Assembly: GCA_003344405.1 (NCBI GenBank)
Contig: NOWV01000200.1
Span: 62,001-126,000 of the forward strand
Source of the DNA: Trichoplax sp. H2
Lineage: Eukaryota
Reading direction: 5' to 3'
Length of the DNA: 64,000 bases
The position numbers and the translations under genes were made by a program. Of this stretch, positions 53,501 through 64,000 are shown piece after piece (position 1 is the stretch's first letter; each line of letters starts with the position of its first letter). The notes below the pieces were generated by a model. That model was given only the letters and a program-made list of their open reading frames with translations. It did no database searches and was not told where the DNA came from.

Positions 53501-56500
53501 ATATGAATCTAATCGCTCTGCTAACTTTCCTTGCTGTAAATGGCAAGAACAAACTGCTGTTGGATTTAGAATAGCAGATGTTTGAGCATCATTAATACTG
53601 CCATGACAGAAATTTAATAGAAAATGATGGATATTTGTAGAAATGACAGAAAAGAGAACTTTGAGCTGATCTTGTTTCGCTTTTTTAACAGGAGTGGTTA
53701 CTTTCGTTAGCCGCTCTACCAATCCTATATCATCACCACTAGTTAAGGCAGGCAAACTTAATCCAATTTCTAAATTTTTAGCGATCCTTTTAAATATTCT
53801 ATTGTAACTATAATAGGTCGGCGTATCCTCTTCAAATATAATAAAACGAACTACATTTAAGCATCTGCCATTATTATTTTTGGCAAATTGAATTGCGCTA
53901 TCGATCATTTCCTTAGCCACTGTATCTGCAGACCATCCCACACCACCAGCTCCCAAGCTAGGTATAGAAATGGCTTTTAACGATTCCTTATTTGCATCTT
54001 CTAGGCATTGGTAGATCATATTTCCTAGCCACTAAATAAAATAAAAGTCCAATAAAAACTAGGGTATAAATTAGTGCGATTGAACGAAGTTTCCTGATAA
54101 GAGAAGTAATTCATTAACTAGTTTACCGTTAATGTTCTAGAGGAACTTAAAAACGGAATATGATAGATATTTTTACATCCAAAACGATATCCCTCAGTAC
54201 GGCGAAATGAATCTTTCGATAGATCTTTAAGAAAATTGCTACACTCTAACTGGTATTCTGGGCCATCAGCATTGAATATTGCCTGTGCGATTGCTCCAGC
54301 TTGAGGATTTTTCACATCAACAAAGTTAATAATGGCATCAGTCTAAGAAGAATAAATGCAAGATAATTTTCAATAAATCGCCAGTTTTACCCATCATTTA
54401 CAATCCTAGAGGGTAATTTATGATATCCGAACATTATTCTTAACTTACCTGTCTACCTTCCTTTTCAATCTTTCCTCTTATAAGTTTTATACATAAGCCA
54501 GCCTGGTTGATATAAATTATATCCGATTCTTCACTTATTGATTGAGATTTTTTACATTTTCTTTTTTTATTCTTTGAATTTCTAACTGGCACATTGATAG
54601 TTTTCTCTCTTGTGAATCTTGAAAAGAAATGAATATTGAATTGGTCAGTATTAATGACAACTTCATTCTCGTTTTCAATTTTCTGAAAACTTTTAATAAC
54701 GTAGGTATAACTACCTCACAAGATCCCTTTTAGCATCTGAAACAATCAGAGAATACCGCAAATTTCCTATCACTTTCTTTAGTTTTCCTTGGTTTTGGCT
54801 AATATACCGCGTTATTCGTGATAATTGACTACTATCGCTAGAAAGTGTTTCGGTAATTATTGGAATGGAAGAGATTGTCTCACTAATTTCCTTAATCTCA
54901 GTAGTTATATGCTCATTAGGGTATTTCAGGATTAATTGATGATCATCTTTATTCCCATTTGTCTCCATCGGCCGATACAGCAACTGACAATGATACTGCT
55001 CCTCAAGCGATAAAAATTCTTTTTTACAATGTTCCTTCAAGTAATGAACTTTTGCGGAAGGTAATTTTTGGATTAAAAATTCATTATAATTTTCGCCATC
55101 GAATGAATTTGAAACATTGGTTTTATACTTGTCAAGATGTTTCTTGACTTTGAGCATGACATATTCGAATGCCTCACTGCTGCCAACAATTTTAGCAGTA
55201 GCTGTTTTCTCTAGTGTATTTAACCAACATTGAATAAAAACCTCAAGTTGAGAAGCTAATTCATTGGTTAATATGTTGCAAAACGAGATCCAATTTTTCA
55301 GTAAATCTTGGCTATAAGATATTTGATAAATGTCAATTTGGATGTCAGTATTAAGAATGTCGATGACTTTGTCATATTCTTCCTTATTGACAGCAATAAC
55401 CGAGATCTTCTCCCTATCACGATGTACACCTGCCATAACTTTTTTATTTCTTAATTTAGTATTCGTGTCCTGAACAATCTGTGGGTATAGGCGAAGAAAA
55501 CTGGATAATGAGAGCGAGATGCCATCTTGGTTGTATTGAATATTTACAGTAACTTTTTGACGGCCTCGTGTCCAGCTTATGCATGAAACGAGTGTACGCT
55601 CAAAGTCGCTAATATCCATTTGGGGATTATTGATAATCTTGGCTACGTTCTCTTCCGAATTAAGCTGTTTAATGAGTAATATCCTAGCTGGAGTTGGAAT
55701 AGTTTTTTGGTCTTCAAGAGTATTGTCAGTATTACATTTACTTTGGGGCTGTTTCTGGGTCGATAGATGGTCATTTTCAATGATCTGACCACAATCTTGA
55801 AGATTTTGATCATTGTATATTTGGCTTTCATCAGACATTTCGTTGTAAATTTTCTGTAATAATTCTTCTTCAAATGCTCTGGTGGTTTTATGCAATGAGT
55901 CTTTGAATAATAACTCCATTCTAACATCCTCATCGCTTTTAACAGGTCTACTTTTCAATTTGGTCACTGAGAAATCTATTGGTGAGAGAGAATCATTCAC
56001 TTCGGCCTCTACATTTTGGAAATTATGGCTTTTCAGAGGGTATAAACCTTTCAAATCCTTGATATCCTGGCTAGAGACTGGAGATATTGGTTGCAGTTTA
56101 TGAATGTCATTAGGCTTTCTTTTTGGTGCCATTTCTTGTTTGCTGTTCGTTGTCTGAATATTTTCCTTGGAACAATATGTTAAACTTTCTTTGTCAGAAA
56201 ATGATGGTTTATTATCATCGGTCTTTCCTTTCTGCTTTTTATTTGCCGGCTGGGAAATATACGTCAAGTCATTCCGTTCTTCAGCTGTATCCTGATTTAC
56301 TACTTCATGCTTCAAGGTTTTTTTTGATAAAGGAGCTACCAATTTGAGTTTGTTGCCTTCAGAATCTTCATTGGCGATCAATTTCGGATCTCTGATAGTG
56401 TCGTCTAGACCAGTAGATGATGACGATCCTAATTTTATGTCGTCTCTATTTTCTATTTCACGCTTTAAGCTTTCTCTTGACAACGTAGCTGCCAATTTGA

Positions 56501-58463
56501 GTTTAGTACTTTTAATATCTTCTTTGGTTATGAGTTTTGGATCTCTGACAGTATCTTCAACGTCAAAAAATGATGATCTCAATTTTATGATATCTCTTCT
56601 ACTACCATGATCTGGTAAATTCGATGTAATTTCAGTTTCAGAGACAGGCCTATCTAAATTAGAAAGTCTATCGGAATTTGGTTTCTGATCCTTGATGGTA
56701 TTATCCAAGCTAATCGTTGATAATCCTAAATCTTGGATAACATTTTCATGAACCCCATTTGATTTTGATTTCAAACCTTTGCCAAAGTCGTCTAAGGTAA
56801 AAGTGAGTGATATTGACGGCTTCGTATCGCAATCGTCGCCTTTTTCTGTAAATTCTCCTTCAATAAAGGCTTTGGGAGCAGGAGGATGCAAATAAGTAAC
56901 TTCATTTGAGCTTTTAAGTAGATCTTTTTCACTCTCTCCCATCGTCTGGACAATCTCTGACGAGGAGCCAAGCTGTGAAACTTGAGTGATATTATTCGAT
57001 TCTTGAGTTGTCGTATTGCTATCATCATCCAGACTTTTAGATACTGAAATAGCCCTATCTACTAATTTTTCCGACCGAATTGATGATTGCAATTTGGAAT
57101 CTGGTCTTCCATTAATTTTATGGCCTTCAGATTGAATTTCATCTTTAGAATACGAGGACGTAGATTGAGCATTGTGACTATTTTGTAGTTCAATGGCTAC
57201 CGGCACTGCTTGAACATAATTTCTCTAAAATAGATCAAAAAGCACAAAAGCTGAAGTATTTTGCAGCTGTTTTAAAATGTCATCTTCTTCAATTTAGGGT
57301 ATGTTGGTGAAATACAAAACTTTACGCCGAGCTACTAATTCTGTAGCTCAACTCTTCAAACTACCGACAATGATTGTTTTTGGATGTTCAAAGATAATTT
57401 ATAATAATATTATATCGGCAGTGATTTTTTTTTGGATGTTTAATGATAATTTATAATAATATTATATCATTATAATAATAATTATCACGAAAATGTTGAA
57501 ACTTTGTTTTAAATTATTCCATAATATATAATAATAATTGTTCTGAAAATGTTGAAACTTTGTTTAATATCTAGCCTAGACTGTTTTAACAAGGTGAAGT
57601 GGAGGCTATAGTACTATAAACTGTAATTGCAGAATCATTGTACAATCTGATTATTTTCGATGTCTCCCCTTCGTTCAAAAATCAAAATTGTATTCCGTTG
57701 AAAATCTTGTATAGTAGTATTTATATATATATATGTTATATACCCGTAGAAGGATATCTCCGGTAGTCGGCGTACCGTAAATCTAAAACTATACTTTCTA
57801 GTAATGTAGCCTGTATTCTGTACTATACACTTGTAATCGGCCTTCGTGTGCTGTACTGTAGCCTACAACTGTACCTGGACTTACTGCATCGTCTCCTGTA
57901 CGATATCATTGCGACCTACTATAAAGAATTCCATGAAGGCATCGGGATATCTTCCACTTCCCCCCCCCCCTTAAAGCAGTCTTCGCTCAATTTAGCTGAA
58001 GTAATTTGAGAAAAATTGGATAGTCGGTAGTTTGAAGGGTTTAGCTAAATTATTATTCGTTCGGCGTAAGGTTTCGTTTTTCAGCAATACAGCCTACTCT
58101 TTCATGATCTACGAACTTGCAGTCGTTATTATGCTTAAAGTTCCTATTATAGACCATTTTTAAACTGTTTTTTACCTGCGTTCCTTGCTCTTGCGATTGA
58201 ATTCGAACTTCAGAAGAGGACAGATATTCATGGTCATATCGGTAGGGTATGGATTCCTGTTGTACATTATTTTTGTCACTATTCCATACTTCATTTGATC
58301 TTGTCGTATCGACTATATCTTCAATCACATTGGTTGCTATCGGTAGATAACCGTCAAAGTTATTTCCTCCATAGTATTGTGGGTCTCTACGCCCAGCCAA
58401 AAGAGGAAATCTTGAGAATGTCTTCTTTCCAATACAGGGTAAGCAGCAAAGTACATTACCCAT
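50586..58463 (-). CDS. Paralog E: B-type macro-PARP with putative N-acylation motif, 4-nt frameshift in the WWE exon and a degenerate ART domain
   Basis: Exons 58463-58098, 57224-54715, 54617-54449, 54342-54127, 54031-52563 (or alternative donor after 52648), 51342-51007, 50860-50586. Starts MGNVLCCLPC (the ORF-track start at 58508 is a non-ATG codon). Aligns closely with B. ART RRLYHRI...YGKGTPF...PTTFVTFNDNAAYPEY. Confidence 0.85.
51400..52345. repeat. Degenerate ~80-bp intronic minisatellite (~11 units) in paralog E
   Basis: Recurrent core ~catttttaactaggt...aagttatc(c/t)acaaattagacagaaatgtatgcattactcaat near 51426, 51510, 51586, 51664, 51766, 51850, 51931, 52010, 52090, 52216 and 52306. 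Confidence 0.85.
57378..57566. repeat. Short tandem duplications in intron 1 of paralog E
   Basis: tttttggatgtt...gataatttataataatattatatc occurs twice (~52-bp period), and gaaaatgttgaaactttgttt occurs twice (~57489 and ~57545). Confidence 0.7.
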
Positions 58464-61400
58464 TTTTATGACTGAAATAACTTTTCTCTCAAATTGTAAC
58501 AACAGCAAATTTTTAAGCTAATCTAGGCTAGACCGGTATCAATTTAAGAACACCAATCTTGCAGTAAGAGGACGTAATTATTCAGCAAATTGGAGCACGG
58601 ATGGCCTTGAAAGACTGCTATTGAAGAAAAATTTTAACACAATCGATCTTTCAATCCAGAGTTTCCCCATCGTACACCAACCGGACTATCCTTTAGTTCT
58701 TTACCAATAACAATTCGGGTTTATGCAATATTAAATTAAGAATGGCGGTATTCTAAATTGAATTGATGCCCTTACAGACACAACTTCATCAGACTATGCA
58801 ACGATATTCTAATCTTACTAATATTAGTCAGCAACTAAGAATCTAATCGTTATTTGTAGACAATCTCCAATAGTATAATTGAATTGCATTATATGTAAAA
58901 TTTAACACTAGTATATTACAATACAGTTCTTTTTCAAAAGAATTCTATCACCAAGATAATGAATGACCTTTACTTTAGATCACAGCAGAATAGCTAGATT
59001 CCATGTCTATCTTTCTGTCCATTACAGTAACAACATAAAAGCTGAAGTAGGATGAATCCTCTACCAAGAATAAAAATAAAATACGTTATCACAGGTTTAG
59101 AAACCTTTCTACGGCTAAGACATTAGTAGCAATATGCATTTCTTCTGTCTTACTTTTAGGATATCACGTTTACGCTGTGGACTATTGACGAAATGAGTAG
59201 AGTATAATAATAATTCGATCACGAGGCTATGCACCGCTTTCAGACGTTCCTTGTTTAGACTAAAACACTGTATAATAAGCTGTCCGAAAATCTCGTTCTT
59301 ATTTATTTTATACATGTTCATTATGCCTCTTTACTATTCGGCTCTAGATTACTAAGATCGACGTATTAACAATCAAGTATCTCCTATGTCTGTATATATC
59401 ATTTGCTTTCTATTCGTTTTCTTAATCTTATACAACATCATTAGTATGTTGCTGCAATGGTTCAAGAACATACTGCACGATATACAAGTGTATTTTTCTA
59501 CAAATTAATCAATCTATTGCTCAGACATAAGAGTTAATTGACGTAGATGAGAAATTATAATTGTAAAATTCCGATTGATAATGTTGATTATCGTCATTAT
59601 CTTTACTATGCGCTAGCCAGCCTCTCTGCCTGAACATAAGAGAATATAGCTATAGACGCGAATTCATGATGGTAGAATTTAAATAGATAGCGTCGATGAT
59701 TATCGTAATGGAGGCTTGACATTTTACTCATTAAAGGCAATCGGAGCACTCCATGTACATAAATCGTCTTATCGACACTTTCGCATACTTGTTATTCTTT
59801 AATTTCTAAAAGGCTACTGTATTTCTTAACAATAGTATTACACAGTATTCATGGCGCTCATTAATCAATGATAATAATTTATTCCACAATACAATATAAT
59901 TAAGAGTAATAAATGCTTTTTATGCTATAAATATGCAAAACATACTGTTAGCTCCATCAAGCAGGGAACACTTCCTTATTCAAACAAAAGCTGACCAAGA
60001 TCCTCCTCTTAATTGTCTGAATTGAATTCAATTCTTTTCCATAGATATTCATTATTCTCGGTGCTTAATGCACTTGTTTATATGCTTTCTATTCTTTCAA
60101 TCTAACTACGCTAAAAGAATTATCAATTTTCAGCACTGCTTGTAGGATTGACTCTTATAAGCGTCATAAAATGAACTGTATAGAAATCAGGTTACAAAAC
60201 TTTTAACTACCTATGATTCTACTTTCTTTGCACTCTGTTCGACTAAGCAAAACTTTGACACCAAATAAAATTGGGGAAAAACCGATCAACATTTATTAAG
60301 AAAACGTGAGAGAGTCTGATCAAGCAGCCTTCCAAATACTTAACTCCAAGTATTATAAGTAAACAAATAAAAAAAAACGGCAGAACTAAAACTGTCAACA
60401 ACCAAACAACATAACAAAAAAAGAACGTTTTAACTTACAATAGTTCGACCCCTAAGGCCTTTAAAATTCAACAAGTTCTTCAAAACAATTTTCTTTTACT
60501 CTCTACTCTAAATTTTCTGATTGCACTATCATTTATAGGCTTTGCTGAGCTTTCAGTGGTATTTAAAACTTAATATTTTCTAACCAATCACTCTTAAGAT
60601 CCATTTTAGAAAACTACTTTCCACCACTTAAGAAATCAAAAATTACTCAAAGTTTAGACACGATTTACCCTACGATTCCCTTACAAAACACTATAAAACC
60701 AAACATACTATAAAATACATTAAGTTGCACTTTTAACATAATTCCTAATCTTTATACATCACAAAAGTCTAAAAATTAACTTTTAAACATCAAGATTTAG
60801 TCATAAAAATAACAATCTAACTGCTTAACAATCGCCAATCAACACAACCTCCGCCATTTGCCATCCAAAAATTTTATATGACCATTATGACTACTTTTCT
60901 GACATTAGTATAGACAGTTGATATTTTAGCATGAAGTTGTACGGTAACTATACGATTATAGCCGACATTACAGTACTTTTTTGTCCTGTTATAAATCCCC
61001 TTTCTATATGGATAGGGTTTTGTTACTAAGTTAAATTCATTTATAATCTTAATAGACTATGAAACTTCCTTTCTTTAGATTAGGGGATTGCTATTAAGTT
61101 ATTCCTATAGTAATCTATATAATACCTTGTAAAATAGTGAAGAAGAAACGATGGCAGCATTAAGATTTGGCAGGGTATAACTAAAAGATACTATGACTTT
61201 CTAGGTATTTTTTATAGTAAAATAATAATAGTTACATACTTAAAGCTATAAAGAACTCTGCTTTTTGTCCTTTACTGTATGCATATGTCCAGTCATTCAA
61301 CGCTATACGTAAAATTATTTGTGATCCTCAAAGTAGGACACAACTTTTCTAGGCATAGTATTTCCTTGTAGAAAAGAATAAATAACCATATGTAATAAGC

Positions 61401-63153
61401 TTTTATACAAGATACGCTAGTTATACCGTGAATCGAGTGCTGTACAAGTATCGCTAATTTAGATGCTTGTTTTTGTTCTTTATTATTCATTTATACACAT
61501 TATTAAATTCCTTTCTATCCATGCAAGTAATCGTGCAATTTTAATTAACCTAACAGAGGATCTCGATTCTTAAAAGTGTCTGGCATAGATTGTAATGATG
61601 TTGATAAGAAAACATTTTCTTTAATTTCCTAATACTTCAAATCTGAATAACTCTTGATAACGCACTTAACCAATCTTTTATAAACATGTTATAACACTAG
61701 ATTTTATAGCTCAGTTCGAATAAATTGAAGCAAAGCTCTCTCATTTTCTTCAGAACTAAATCTGGGTAATTCTTAACGGTACATGAACCAACCCTTTTAT
61801 AAAGATGTTTAAAAACGAGATATTATAACTTTAATTCGAATCAATTGAAATAAAGAATCACTAGTATTCTTCATAACTTGTATCTCTTTTAATAAGTAAT
61901 AGCTTCAGCATCATGCAAATGCGTTCAGAGATTATTCTTTAAATTCCCTCGATCAAATAAACTGACAAGGAGAAGAAGATAATTACGGCAACGGCTAGTA
62001 GTAAGCAAAACAAAATCCATAAATTTAACGTAATTTTAGGCCTTGCAATATAAAAATGACTTCAGTTTAGTATTGTCTGCAGATCTTAGTCATACAGCGA
62101 AGATATACGGCGGAAAATTATCTGAATACTCGCTTTTTTCTGTAATCGTAATTTGCAAGATAGTTTTCATGCTATTAATGGAGTATTGCAGTAAAAGAAA
62201 TATCTCATATCAACATTTGATGACAAAATACTTTGTAATACGAAAACTTAGAAATGCTTGTGTAAAGTAAAATAATTACATATTACAGATATCTTTCCCA
62301 TTTGTACTCGAGGACCAGCAAGTAAGATTCTATACTACTATATAAACAAAAAAGGAACTTGTATGTAAGCACTGGTTGTACCTGGATACATTCATATAGA
62401 TACATTCATAACATAGAAATTTCAAGAACAATACTGGCATCTAAGACATGATATGTATAGTAACTTTATTTGGGAACTTATTGGAATATGAATAAAGTAA
62501 CTTAAATGCATACAGGTAGTTAAATTATACGCGATCTAGGATATCATTTTACGTTTCTGGAAATATTATTTATACGTTAACATAAGAAAGTACCTTTCTA
62601 ATCGATACTATATTACAGTAATGAGATATAAAGCCTAGGTCGTGATACTTATTATACAATACCGGTAGTTTGCTCAATATAACTAGTATTGTGATTGTAG
62701 ACCGTTAGCCATGTTTAGTATAACGTACGGTGGATATTTATCCTTAAGAGATATTTGGTAGCCATAACTATAGACTGTAGTGGTATAGACTCTATGCTAG
62801 AGTACAGATGACTATATACAGTAAGGTGTTGAGTTACTAATAAGGTTATAGGTAAAAATAGAACTGTAAATCATATATTAGGATTTGGTTAATTTATTGT
62901 ACTTTAGCCGAACAGTGTTTATAAGAATAATTTAACTATGTGTAATATATGGTAAAAGGTTGCCATGCGGATTGTAGCTGCGAATGCTACGAAAAGTATA
63001 AAAGCATGCAACTTTAAATTATTCTGTTAGTTCGTTCTAGAAGTCTTTAGTAGTAGTATTCGGCTAGAGTAGAGCTGCGTATAGTTAATCTTTTCGTAAG
63101 ATTCAATAAAGCTCTTATTCTTCTAAAATTTGGAATTTCGTGATCGATATACA

Positions 63154-63912
63154 TCACAAGTAGGTATTTGATTGTACATATATTATATACTCCGGATATG
63201 CAGAGTTATCATTAGAAATAACATACAAAGAGGGACTACTTTCATGATCTACTACAGAATGAGCACGTTCTCCTTTGCTTCCAGGAATCATAGACAAATC
63301 CGGCTTATCAGTAACGCTTGATTTGACATAAATTCCAGTTAGAACTCGTACTAACAAAAGTGCATTGCCAAATCGCTTTGAATATTCGGCCTTCACACCA
63401 AAATAACTTCCTGTTCCATGCTTGGAACCTATCAAAATTTCAATAAAATAGTTGTTATGTATGATAACTAATTTGACTTCTCCCTAATTCTAAAGATTTC
63501 AATACTATACTAGGATGTTATGGCATGCATGCATAACGCTAACAGTAAAATATTAATATACCACAAGAAGTCCCGGAATAGTCCCTATCGAAGCCATTCT
63601 TACATATTACATCTACTTTACTTGCGGCAGTACCATGAAATAGACGTTTTTCAACGTCAGCACCTGGTTTGTATCTCTTAACTGCCGCGGTGACCTCGGC
63701 TTTCCTTGTTTGATATTTTCTGTATAAATTCCAATTTTGGATTCTTCGCAAATTACGAACAGTAAACCCTCTAAGTCCTAGAAGCTTAGATATTTCATCT
63801 ATTTCTTGTTGATTTGTGACATTCACTATTTGAAAGTATCCGTCTTTGATTTCATGCTTATTTTGGTATTCCCAGTTTCTGGGTATCGGGATATCATGTC
63901 TTAACTTGCTTT
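63154..63912 (-). CDS. Paralog F (partial): last two exons encoding a PARP14-like ART domain; the gene continues beyond the window
   Basis: Exons 63912-63562 and 63428-63154: IPRNWEY...LRRIQNWNLYRKY...KRLFHGT...GFDRDYSG|...HGTGSYFG...PSLYVISNDNSAYPEY. H-Y-L signature as in PARP14. Confidence 0.88.
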
Positions 63913-64000
63913 CTACATGTTTAGAAATAAATTTCGTTTACAAAGGCTACATTACTCATTTGCAATAGCTGAACTATTAATTATTAAATGACGCTTTTAT

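Noticed and set aside
1..64000. Prokaryotic operon/anti-phage system, tRNA/rRNA genes, transposase or reverse-transcriptase ORFs
   Set aside because: The genes are split by conserved spliceosomal introns, and no RNA-gene or transposon-protein signatures were recognised by eye.

Overview
AT-rich, intron-containing eukaryotic DNA, probably from a compact invertebrate animal genome; the taxon cannot be determined from the sequence. The window is a head-to-tail tandem array of at least seven minus-strand paralogs of a PARP14/PARP9/PARP15-like 'macro-PARP' gene. I rebuilt exons by hand from GT-AG sites and conserved phases; equivalent exons have identical lengths between paralogs (92, 94, 71 and 216 nt). 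Left to right: A (828->=6091; RRM-RRM-KH-like-macro, no ART domain); psiG (9840-11478; decayed RRM exons); B (17937-23601); C (26690->=33623); D (38037->=45369); E (50586-58463); F (63154->64000; 3' end only). Two subfamilies are interleaved. C, D and F keep a mono-ART-type H-Y-hydrophobic site, and C and D are RRM-headed. B and E replace the RRMs with an MG...C(C) myristoylation/palmitoylation-type N-terminus plus a long low-complexity linker and have degenerate NAD+ sites. Frameshifts, a WWE loss, degenerate macrodomains and local repeats point to rapid birth-and-death evolution, as in innate-immune gene clusters. The true 5' ends of A, C and D and all functional claims are inferences.
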